Shown here in pieces: positions 35,241 through 45,825 of a stretch of DNA of 45,825 nt. The notes under the pieces were generated by a model. The model was given only the letters and a program-made list of their open reading frames with translations. It had not been told where the DNA came from and did not search any database. The DNA lies in NCBI RefSeq assembly GCF_003334765.1, contig NZ_QOWT01000032.1; one strand, 5' to 3'. A program made the position numbers and the translations under genes. Numbering within the stretch: the first letter of the stretch is position 1; every line of letters starts with the position of its first letter. Source of the DNA: Escherichia coli. Lineage in GTDB: Bacteria; Pseudomonadota; Gammaproteobacteria; Enterobacterales; Enterobacteriaceae.

Positions 35241-35975
35241 TTATGCTGCGACAACAATCCCCTTTTCGGCAAATGCAGAGCGTAGTCGGCGGGCGAACGC
35301 CAGTGCGTGCTCGCCGTCGCCATGCAGGCAGACCGTTTGCGCCGCGACCGTTGCCCATTCGCCGGTGATACTTTTGACTCTGCCGTGTTGCACCATCTCC
35401 AGCGTTTGCGCCAGCGCCTGTTCTTCGTTTTCAATCAACGCGCCTGACTGGCTTCGCGGCACCAGCGAGCCGTCAGCCTGATAACCGCGATCGGCAAACA
35501 CTTCCTCGCGCGTTGTCAGACCATATTGCTTGCCTGCACGAATCAGCTCGCTTCCCGCCAGCCCGACGAGAATCAATGCTGGATCGCAAGCGTATACCGC
35601 TCTGGCGATGGCGTCTGCCAGTTGTGCTTCTTTCGCCGCCTGGTTGTACAACATGCCGTGCGGTTTGACATGACGCATTACGCCGCCTTGCGCACGGGCA
35701 ATCGTTGCCAGCGCGCCAATTTGATACAGCGTCTGGGCGTAAACGGTTTCTGGCGGCAGCTGCATGGCGCTGCGACCAAAATTTTCCCTGTCGGGAAAAC
35801 TCGGGTGAGCGCCAATCGCGACACCATTTTTTATTGCTTCACGCACGCAAGCCTGCATGATTTGCGCATCGCCTGCATGAAATCCACAGGCAATATTGGC
35901 AGAGGAAACCAGCGTTAATAGCTCTGCGTCGCTGGCGCAGCCTTCGCCCAGATCGGCGTTCAGGTCAATTTTCAT
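35241..35975 (-). CDS. pxpA: 5-oxoprolinase subunit A (LamB/YcsF family)
   Basis: 244-aa [23 protein letters not shown]... Confidence 0.92.
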
Positions 35976-36897
35976 TGTGCAGCCGCCACGCTAATTGTTC
36001 AAAATAACGTTGCTGATCTTGCCGTGCTTTTAGTGCCTCTTCCAGTGAACACTGGACAAAATGAATCGGCTGACCGAGCGGAATTTGCGCCAGATGGTAC
36101 ATATCAGCCTCAATGATACAGGCAATACGCGGGTAACCACCGGTGGTCTGTGCGTCGTTCATCAACACAATCGGCTGCCCGTTATGTGGCACCTGCACCA
36201 CGCCCGGTAACAAACCGTGAGATAACAGTTCGCGATCGGTGGTGCGTTTTAAAATTTGCCCCTGTAAGCGATAGCCCATGCGGTTACTTTGCGAGCTAAG
36301 CTGCCAGGGCGAACGCCAGAATGCATCCTGCGAGGCGCGATCGAACTCATGATATTCCGGCCCCGGCAAGGCGCGAATGCGGTTGCCCCACAGCAGCTGT
36401 TTAACGCCCTGCGCTTCCATAGAATCACGCTTCGATTTGCCAATCGGGAGTCGGTCACCATCCTTCAGTAAACGGCCTTCCAGCCCGCCAATCCCCACTT
36501 TGAGATCGGTGCTGCATGAGCCCATTACCGGCGGAACATCAATACCACCCGCGACCGCCAGATAACTGCGCATCCCGTGCTGCGGGCGTTTAAGCGTTAA
36601 ACGCTGGCCTGCTTTCATCGGCAATCGCCAGCCGGTCCAGACGGCATTATCATCCAGCCGCGCTTCGCAACCGGCACCCGTCAGAGCAAACCACCCATCA
36701 GTTTCGAACTCAACAGTTAACTGACCGAGCGTGATCTCCAGCGCGGGGGCATTGGCGTCATTACCCACCAGTAGGTTAGCAATGCGTAACGCGGGCATAT
36801 CCAGTGCGCCGCAGTGGCTGATACCCGACTGGCGAAAACCGTGACGACCGCCATCCTGCACAGTGGTATACATGCCCGCACGAATAATCTTCAGCAT
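35965..36897 (-). CDS. pxpC: 5-oxoprolinase subunit C (allophanate hydrolase subunit 2-like)
   Basis: 310-aa ORF; overlaps pxpA and pxpB. Confidence 0.9.
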
Positions 36898-37547
36898 ACT
36901 CCCTCCTTCTGCGGTACAAAGCGCACGCTGTCTCCCGGACGTAATAAGATGGGTTCGTCACGCGCCGGATCAAACAGGCTGAGTGAGGTATGACCAATCA
37001 ACTGCCAGCCACCCGGCGTTGCCAGCGGATAAACACCAGTCTGCGGCCCGCCGATCCCGACAGAACCTGCCGGAACGAGTAAGCGCGGTTCAGCGCGCCG
37101 TGGCGTGTGTAGTTGTTCCGGCAAACTCCCGAGATACGGGAAGCCCGGTTGAAAACCTAAAAACCAGACCACGTATTCCACGGAGGAGTGCAATTCAACA
37201 ACCTGTTTTTCGCTCAACCCGCAATGCGCCGCGACCACCGCCAAATCCGGTCCGCCTGCACCACCGTAAACCACCGGAATTTCAATAAAGCGAGACTCCG
37301 GCTCCAGCGCCTCGCTCTCCTCCCACCAGCGTTGCAAACGCTCTATGGCATCCAGCGCCAGCGACTCAGGATTACGCAAAATCACCGTGATATTGTTCAT
37401 GCCGGGAATGGCTTCAACCACATTCGGCATATCCACCAGACGCTGCGCCAGTCGCCAGATCCGTTTCTGGCTAGCCAGCGTCACCGGCGGTTCCAGTTCC
37501 AGCACTACCGCCGTTTCACCTATCAGATAACAACGCGCTCGTTGCAC
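36891..37547 (-). CDS. pxpB: 5-oxoprolinase subunit B (allophanate hydrolase subunit 1-like)
   Basis: 218-aa ORF. Confidence 0.9.
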
Positions 37548-37569
37548 TTTCGATCCCTCTGATTATTCG

Positions 37570-38313
37570 TTATGCAGGATTAGGAATATCAATAAAGGTC
37601 ACATCAAGATCGGTATTTTCATTCAGCCACTCGCTCAATGCGCGAATACCACCACGTTCAGTGGCATGGTGACCTGCAGCATAAAAATGCAATCCCTGCT
37701 CGCGGGCTGAATGAATGGTCTGTTCAGAAACTTCGCCAGTAATAAAAGCATCCACGCCAAAACGCGCGGCGCTATCGATAAAACTTTGCCCGCCGCCCGT
37801 GCACCAGGCGACGCGCTGGACCACCTCAGGTCCGGTATCGCCACACCATAACGGCTTACGTCCCAGACGCGCTTCAATCCAGGAAGCCAGCTCCAGTCCC
37901 GGCACAGGCATGGTCAGTTCGCCCCACGGCACCAACGGCTCAATTTCGCCCATGACCGTGATCCCCAGTAACGCCGCCAGCTGTGCGTTATTGCCCAGCT
38001 CAGGATGTGCGTCAAGCGGCAAATGCCAGCCATACAGGTTGATATCATTCGCCAGCAACGTTTTTAAACGGTTACGCTTCATTCCGCGAATGACCGGAGA
38101 CTCTCCTTTCCAGAAGTAGCCATGATGCACAATGACCGCATCCGCGCCCAGACGCACTGCCTCATCGAGCAAAGCCTGGCTGGCGGTGACACCGGTAACA
38201 ATTTTTTGCACCGTCTCTTTGCCTTCCACCTGCAAACCATTCGGCGCGTAATCACTAATCGCCGCGCTGTTCAGTTTTTCGTTAATCAGTTGTTCCAGTT
38301 CGGTGTTTTTCAT
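37570..38313 (-). CDS. ybgI: NIF3-family metal-binding protein (GTP cyclohydrolase 1 type 2 homolog)
   Basis: 247-aa ORF; first gene of the ybgI-pxpBCA-nei operon. Confidence 0.9.
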   Translation of the reverse strand: MKNTELEQLINEKLNSAAISDYAPNGLQVEGKETVQKIVTGVTASQALLDEAVRLGADAVIVHHGYFWKGESPVIRGMKRNRLKTLLANDINLYGWHLPLDAHPELGNNAQLAALLGITVMGEIEPLVPWGELTMPVPGLELASWIEARLGRKPLWCGDTGPEVVQRVAWCTGGGQSFIDSAARFGVDAFITGEVSEQTIHSAREQGLHFYAAGHHATERGGIRALSEWLNENTDLDVTFIDIPNPA

Positions 38314-38400
38314 CTTCGCGCCTTCCGTATTCTGATAGCTACACCGTTAACATAGCGTTACCTCGCCAGTTCGTCGATAGCCAATCTTTTGACATATTAA

Positions 38401-40065
<1,665 letters not shown>

Positions 40066-40080
40066 TAGGCCAGCACCGAT

Positions 40081-40210
40081 GCCTGATGCGACGCTTGACG
40101 CGTCTTATCAGGCCTACGTATTTCCTGCAATTTATTGAATTTGCACAAATTTGTAGGCTGGATAAGGCGTTCACGCCGCATCCGGCATCTGGGCTCGATT
40201 GCCTGACGCG
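40081..40210. repeat. BIME (REP Y + REP Z + partial REP) between convergent dtpD and phr
   Basis: gcctgatgcgacgcttgacgcgtcttatcaggcctacg; gtaggctggataaggcgttcacgccgcatccggca. Confidence 0.85.
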
Positions 40211-40214
40211 TCTG

Positions 40215-41633
40215 TTATTTCCCCTTCCGCGCCGCCTCATACGCTGCCAACGTTTGTACTCTCGCTTCTTTGTGCTCGACTATCGGTTGCGGATAATCCA
40301 GCGTCACACCTGCTTTCTGCGCCCACTTCCACGGCTCATGCACCACTTTCCCTGGCACATCGCGCAGTTCCGGTAGCCACTGGCGGATAAACTCGCCCTC
40401 ATGATCAAATTTCTCGCCCTGGGTTGTCGGGTTGAAAATACGAAAATACGGCGCTGCATCGGTTCCGGTTGAAGCGGCCCACTGCCAGCCACCGTTATTG
40501 GCTGCCAAATCACCATCAATCAGCTGCGACATGAAATATCGCTCGCCTTCGCGCCAGTCGATCAATAAATCTTTCACCAGAAAACTGGCTGTAATCATCC
40601 GTAGCCTGTTATGCATCCAGCCAGTGCTGTTAAGCTGACGCATAGCGGCATCAACAATCGGGTATCCCGTTTTGCCTTCCTGCCAGGCCTGTAAATGTGC
40701 GGGATTGCTCTGCCACTGTACACGATCCGTCCAGGCAATAAATGGACGATGTTTACACAACGAGGGGTGATACGTTATCAGGTGACGGTAAAACTCGCGC
40801 CAGATCAGCTCATTAAGCCAGACACTACCGGCCCCACCGTCCAGCGCCTGCGGCTGTTCAGCCAACAAGCGATGCAAGCACTGGCGAGGCGATAACCCGC
40901 CCGTTGCCAGGCTGGCCGACAAACGGCTGGTGCCTTCCACTGCCGGAAAATCTCGTTGTTGCTCATATTCTCCGGCACCGTTCTGGCAAAACTGGCGTAA
41001 TTGCGCAATCGCCGCTTTTTCTTCCACCGGAAAATGCGCAGTATCGAAAGACTGACGAGGATAATTCAGCGTAATGGATGGCGAGGGCTCTATCGATCCG
41101 CTACTACGAACTTTTGGCGCAGCGACGCACTCCGGCATCCCTTCCCGCAGCCGTTTCAGCCAGGCATTCTTAAAAGGCGTAAAGACTTTGTACATCTCGT
41201 GATTACCGGTCATCACCGCGCCAGGCGGCAGGATCACGCTGTCATCAAATCCTTCACACACCACGTTACGCAGCGCTCTTTCAACTTCCACATCCCGCGC
41301 CCGCTCATTCACTTCATACTGATAGTTATAAAACAGGTGGGTAACGCTGTTTTCCGCGCACACCTGTTTAACTATTTCGACACTGGCGACAAAGTCATCC
41401 ACTTCACGGAACAATAAAGGAATACCTTTTTCCGCAAGCGCTATTTGTAGCCCATTCAGTTGAGCATTGATAAGTTCAGCCTGACGCGGCGACATGTTAT
41501 GCGTCGCCCACTGGCGTGGTGTAGCGATATACAACGCCAGCACGCGTGCAGACGAATTGCGGCAGGCGGCAGCCAGTGCGAGATTATCGTGCAGACGTAA
41601 ATCCTGGCGAAACCAGACCAGATGGGTAGTCAT
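40215..41633 (-). CDS. phr: Deoxyribodipyrimidine photolyase (CPD photolyase)
   Basis: 472-aa ORF MTTHLVWFRQDLRLHDNLAL... with FAD-binding C-terminal domain. Confidence 0.96.
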   Translation of the reverse strand: MTTHLVWFRQDLRLHDNLALAAACRNSSARVLALYIATPRQWATHNMSPRQAELINAQLNGLQIALAEKGIPLLFREVDDFVASVEIVKQVCAENSVTHLFYNYQYEVNERARDVEVERALRNVVCEGFDDSVILPPGAVMTGNHEMYKVFTPFKNAWLKRLREGMPECVAAPKVRSSGSIEPSPSITLNYPRQSFDTAHFPVEEKAAIAQLRQFCQNGAGEYEQQRDFPAVEGTSRLSASLATGGLSPRQCLHRLLAEQPQALDGGAGSVWLNELIWREFYRHLITYHPSLCKHRPFIAWTDRVQWQSNPAHLQAWQEGKTGYPIVDAAMRQLNSTGWMHNRLRMITASFLVKDLLIDWREGERYFMSQLIDGDLAANNGGWQWAASTGTDAAPYFRIFNPTTQGEKFDHEGEFIRQWLPELRDVPGKVVHEPWKWAQKAGVTLDYPQPIVEHKEARVQTLAAYEAARKGK

Positions 41634-42139
41634 AAAACTCCTGAATGGCGCAAGTTAATCACACGCGGCCAAAGTTCGAAATAACGCTGCCCTGAAAGCC
41701 AGGCGTCAGGATAAAGCGCCATATAGTGTTTGATACGCATCAGCGGCGCAAGAAGTGGTTGCTCGCCACGGCGATAACTGTCGATAAGCGCAGCCAGCTG
41801 CTGGCGTTCTGTGGAATCAATATGCGGGCGAAAATAACCCTGAACGTGCATCAAAACATTGGTGTGATCGCGCGGGTTGGCGGGGTGAGAAAGCAAAACA
41901 ACTACGCGTTGGCGGTACTGGTTGTAATAGTCATCCAGATTTTGCCACTGGTGAATATCAGCCACGAACGGGCCAAGTTTGCGGTACTCCGGCTGAGAAT
42001 GCGCCAGAAAGACGAGTTTATAGCGGCTGTGATAATCGAGAAGCGCCCCGCGCGTTAAGCCATGTTCTTTCAGTCGATGTAACTCATGAAGGGCAAAGAT
42101 ACGGATTAGGGTGCTGTCATCAAATCGTTGTAGATTCAT
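41630..42139 (-). CDS. ybgA: DUF1722-family protein, co-transcribed with phr
   Basis: 169-aa ORF; 4-nt overlap with phr start. Confidence 0.88.
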   Translation of the reverse strand: MNLQRFDDSTLIRIFALHELHRLKEHGLTRGALLDYHSRYKLVFLAHSQPEYRKLGPFVADIHQWQNLDDYYNQYRQRVVVLLSHPANPRDHTNVLMHVQGYFRPHIDSTERQQLAALIDSYRRGEQPLLAPLMRIKHYMALYPDAWLSGQRYFELWPRVINLRHSGVL

Positions 42140-42286
42140 TACTGCTCCTGAGCGGTTTACAGGAGTAAGTGTAGACGTTGAGAAATGATATTTGTGAAGT
42201 TAATCCTGTTGTAGCAGGACAAATTTACGAAAGCCTGCTCCCCGCAAGGACTGACGTCAGGTAGTTTCTAACCATAGCTGCCCTTT

Positions 42287-43048
42287 CTATTCAAACGTGA
42301 AATCAATAAGCTCATCAGGGACATCGCAAACAATATGAAGACGGGTTTCTTCTCTGCCGTGACTCTTTTCACTAATTGCGTAACTGTCATGCTTGGGATT
42401 ATTTAATTCTTTCAGCGGAAATTTTTCCTCGAAGGCTTTATTTAGCCGCCCCTGGTTTCCTTTTACAGCGAATAAATAATCACCTCCCTGTTTTTGTATC
42501 TTCTCTGCAATATCTTTCTGGCAACCCATCGCATCAGTTGTGATGATTTTTCCTTTAATATCCAGCATGTTAAGAAGTTCAGGGATAGCTGTGATCTCAT
42601 TGGATTTCTTATCCGTCTTGATCTGTCCGATGACCAGACTGTGCATTGTTGAGAACGCACTAATGACATGAATCGCTCCCTTACGGCGACTCTTGTCATA
42701 AGAATGCCGGTGTATTTTTCCATCAATTGCGATGACGTCTTTATCATCTGAAGAATGGTAGTCAAGCATCCAGTTAATAAAGCTCTCATGAAATTTCGCA
42801 GGACAGATACAGGATACAACTCTGGCAATGGTATCGTGAACAGGAATACCATTTTCAAAATCACCATATTGCTTCAAAAAATCGGGATGTGTTTCCCCAA
42901 AATCCTCTATATCTTCCCAGCCTTCTGCACCAGAAATAACGGCACAAATAGTCAACAGTAGAATATCCGATAACTTATGTTCCATTTTCCAGGCTTGTCT
43001 GTAATCGGGGATAATAGAAATATGTCCCATCAATTTTTTAAGTTCCAT
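42287..43048 (-). mobile_element. ybfD: ISAs1-family (H-repeat) transposase, C-terminally truncated (253 of about 378 aa)
   Basis: [18 protein letters not shown]... ends ...LIDFTFE-stop, where the paralog in this window reads [10 protein letters not shown] (TAG in place of Trp codon), then diverges. Confidence 0.85.
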
Positions 43049-43155
43049 TTTGTTCTCCTTAATTATGTAAGGAGTATTTGATCATGTGTAAGCAATAAAA
43101 AACAGCTTTAGGTAATAAGGAATATCTCAATTTTTAAACATAAAATGCGAATTGT

Positions 43156-44278
43156 TTAGTACAAAAAGTGAACTTCTGATGATCTTTCCCTGTGTTTAAC
43201 GCAGCCTTCTTTCTTTTCCTCTTCACCCTTAATGTCTTTGCAATCTCTTAATAAATTCAGTGCCATCTTCTTTATTCCAGATATTATTTAGGCTGCGTTT
43301 CCTCTTCTTATCCGGCTGGCATCTTCATTCATTTTTACATCTAACACCCAATGAAGACTGTGCTCGATCAGCCAGTGCGCTCTGATAGCATGTGCAAATT
43401 CTTTAGCATCCATATCCTTTGATGAAATATAATATCGGATGCTTACACCTTCTGCTGATTTATCTTCTTTCTTCTGCCTGAATGACAATGCTACACAAAG
43501 CTTTTTTAATCCCTTCCATTCGAATTCAAAATCACAAAAGTTCAGGCGTTACGTTACTGACAATATGCAAACGTGTTTCTTTTCTTCCATGACTTATCTC
43601 CTGCGTACTAAACGAATCGCCTTTATAATTAGAAAACACATTTACAGGAAATTTTTCCTCGAATGCATGATGTAATTTCCCCTGATTGCCTTTTACTGCC
43701 AGAAGATAATCTGCTTTTTTATCTTTGATCTTCGAAGCGATATCTTTCTGACAGCCCATAGCATCAATGGTTATCAAATTTTTCTTTAAATACAGTAGGT
43801 TAAGCAACTCTGGAATGGCTGTAATCTCATTACTTTTGGCTTCCGTTTTCACCTGCCCCAGTACAACACCATTTTCGTTCGAGAATGCACTCACCATATG
43901 GATTGCTCCTTTTCTTTTTCCCTTATCAAAGGAGCCTCTTATGGTCTTTCCATCTATTGCTATAATTTCACCATCAGTGATTTCATGGCACTCCTGCATC
44001 CATTCAATAAACATCTTTTCAAAGGCCAAACTGTCAATGTTACTCACAACGCGTGCAATGGTGTCATCGACCGGAATGCCATTATCAAAATCACCATATT
44101 TCTTTAGCCATTCAAGTCTTTCATGTCCAAAATCTTCAATTTCCTGCCACTCATCGGCACCTGCAATTACTGCACATACGGTGAGAAACAAAATAGCAGA
44201 TAATTTATGTTTAACCTTTCCTTGTTGTCGTATATCAGGGGTCACTGAAATATAATCAAGCAAACTTTGAATACTCAC
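43156..44278 (-). pseudogene. ybfL: ISAs1-family (H-repeat) transposase pseudogene: frameshift near 43530 and in-frame TAA at 43288
   Basis: Three consecutive pieces (43532-44278; 43291-43488; 43156-43287) together cover a full-length transposase; about 65% identical to ybfD so not a recent duplicate; K-12 annotates pseudogene fragments ybfQ/ybfL here, assignment uncertain. Confidence 0.75.
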
Positions 44279-44351
44279 CTGGCGTCCTTTTTTATCTTTT
44301 TAGTTATTCCAAAGGTTAAATTTTGATCACCTGTAGGCGTTAAAGCAAAGA

Positions 44352-44381
44352 TGAAAATCGTGATTTACATCACAATTTTCA
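44352..44381. other. 13-bp inverted repeat with 4-bp spacer between ybfC and the H-repeat copy
   Basis: tgaaaatcgtgat-ttac-atcacaattttca (12/13 match). Confidence 0.4.
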
Positions 44382-44459
44382 TGATCTTGCCCTGCCCCGT
44401 CCCTTGCTCTCATGTCTTTCTGTATGTATTTTATATTTTTCTCTTTCTGGTGTTGTTCA

Positions 44460-44942
44460 TTATGACCATTTACCAATCCAGTCAAAAACTTCATTTTTCA
44501 AATTGTTATCATAATAATCAACATCATAATAGTCTCCATAATTAATTATTTTATAACTAGCCTTCTTGTTTTTATCACTAAAATACACCCGTTGTTTTGT
44601 AGCGCAGAACTCCATATTCTCCAGTTTACTAATGTTTTTTAATCGCACGCTATAAAGAATATCATTGAAAAAATTAAGATTTATATCAACCACTCCACAG
44701 TGCGTCCTGTAATTATTAACCATTATACTTATAAAATGACCATTCCCTCTACTAATTTTTTGGTCATTAATTATTTTATAAATAATATTTTTTTCAGAAA
44801 GATATATCTCAACGCTCTTTGGTGTTTTATGTCCATAAAATACGATGTCAGAATTTGAATTGTTATCAAACCCAAGGTAAACAACAAATAAACAAAGGGT
44901 AATTAAAAAAATGACAAGTTTGCCTCTAATAATTTGAAGCAT
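44460..44942 (-). CDS. ybfC: Small AT-rich membrane-anchored protein immediately downstream of the Rhs toxin tip; probable cognate immunity protein
   Basis: 160-aa ORF with N-terminal hydrophobic anchor [25 protein letters not shown]; 17-bp overlap with the Rhs ORF; immunity role is positional inference. Confidence 0.7.
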   Translation of the reverse strand: MLQIIRGKLVIFLITLCLFVVYLGFDNNSNSDIVFYGHKTPKSVEIYLSEKNIIYKIINDQKISRGNGHFISIMVNNYRTHCGVVDINLNFFNDILYSVRLKNISKLENMEFCATKQRVYFSDKNKKASYKIINYGDYYDVDYYDNNLKNEVFDWIGKWS

Positions 44943-45825
44943 CTGAACTCCCTTGCTTTGCTTTTATTGGATTATCTGCTTTTATACCATCTAACCCGAA
45001 GAGTTGCCCAGTGTTATATTTTTCAATACATGCATCGCTACATTTGGCAGAAAAATCGCCACAAGCAATACCGACAGTGTTATTTTTAAGATCCATGATT
45101 CTTTCTTTAGCTGGCTGACCTTGTCTATCCCCTGCCGCCTCATGATTTTTACCTATCACGTCAGCTATTGTTGATCCAAATGTCTTAGTCATTCGACACA
45201 TCAAGTAACAATGTCTCATTGCATCGGCGGCCCCATTATGAGCTCCGCCAACAATAGCATCCATATCATAACCGAACTGGTAAGCACTGTTAGTAATGCT
45301 GTTTGCAGCAATCAATCCAGGTACACCAGATACGGCATAAATTAGTCCACCTGATGTCATATTCTCAATCGCATCTAACCCCATTGGGTCTATCACTTGT
45401 ATGGGATTCAACGGATACTGATACATATTCCATCCACCTCTCAACCCAATCGGGTCCGGGGTGATATACCGCCCCTGCAACGGATCGTAGTGCCGGTGAC
45501 GGTTATAGTACAGCCCCGACTCCTCATCATGCTGCTGCCCTGGCAGACGGTACGGCTGGTGCAGGTGATGCGGGTTCTCCTCATTAAGCTGGTTGCCCCA
45601 TTCATCATACTCCCCGCGCCACGCCGTATTGCCGTCTTCGCTGATGAGCGCCAGCGGCAGGCCCCGGTGGTCGCAGTGGTAAAAATGAACTTTTCGCGCC
45701 GGTGTGTATTCCGGCTCCACCTGTCTGGCCAGTTGCTCCACCGTCAGTCCGCACTGCGCAAGCCACGCCCGGCTTTCACTGCTCACGCGGTCTGCCCGGA
45801 TTTCTTCCTCCAGCCTGTCCAGCAG
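44926..45825 (-). CDS. ybfO: Orphan Rhs C-terminal fragment: end of Rhs core (PxxxxDPxGL) plus about 149-aa polymorphic toxin tip of unknown activity; 5' end beyond window
   Basis: ...[23 protein letters not shown]...[13 protein letters not shown] boundary motif at aa 124-137 of the ORF; GC-rich core gives way to AT-rich tip around 45375. Confidence 0.85.
   Translation of the reverse strand: MLDRLEEEIRADRVSSESRAWLAQCGLTVEQLARQVEPEYTPARKVHFYHCDHRGLPLALISEDGNTAWRGEYDEWGNQLNEENPHHLHQPYRLPGQQHDEESGLYYNRHRHYDPLQGRYITPDPIGLRGGWNMYQYPLNPIQVIDPMGLDAIENMTSGGLIYAVSGVPGLIAANSITNSAYQFGYDMDAIVGGAHNGAADAMRHCYLMCRMTKTFGSTIADVIGKNHEAAGDRQGQPAKERIMDLKNNTVGIACGDFSAKCSDACIEKYNTGQLFGLDGIKADNPIKAKQGSSDASNY

Noticed and set aside
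44351-44545. 64-aa plus-strand hydrophobic ORF overlapping the ybfC 3' end
   Set aside because: Low-complexity translation of AT-rich DNA antisense to ybfC, starting inside the inverted repeat.

Overview
This 45.8 kb window is, by gene content and order, indistinguishable from a well-studied Escherichia coli K-12 chromosomal segment, read here in reverse orientation to K-12 numbering. All identifications rest on my recognition of the translated ORFs and tRNA sequences, not on any database search. From left to right: the distal part of the lysT tRNA operon (valZ partial, lysW, valT, lysT); the Tol-Pal cluster (cpoB, pal, tolB, tolA, tolR, tolQ, ybgC); ybgE-cydX-cydB-cydA; mngB-mngA and divergent mngR; the TCA block sucDCBA-sdhBADC with divergent gltA; the cryptic chaperone-usher fimbrial operon ybgD-ybgQ-ybgP-ybgO; abrB; nei-pxpA-pxpC-pxpB-ybgI; dtpD; phr-ybgA. 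The last ~3.7 kb is an AT-rich accessory island: two tandem, independently inactivated ISAs1-family (H-repeat) transposase genes, a small membrane-anchored ORF (ybfC), and the 3' end of an orphan Rhs fragment with a polymorphic C-terminal toxin tip (ybfO) that runs off the window. I found no CRISPR array, no intact mobile element and no clear undescribed multi-gene system. The least characterised biology is the Rhs tip plus putative immunity pair, the cryptic fimbrial operon, and the structured spacer modules in the tRNA operon. Smaller points: cydX is absent from the ORF track, the mngA start is probably 60 nt downstream of the longest ORF, and the large antisense ORFs inside sucA, sdhA, cydA and others are rejected as artefacts.
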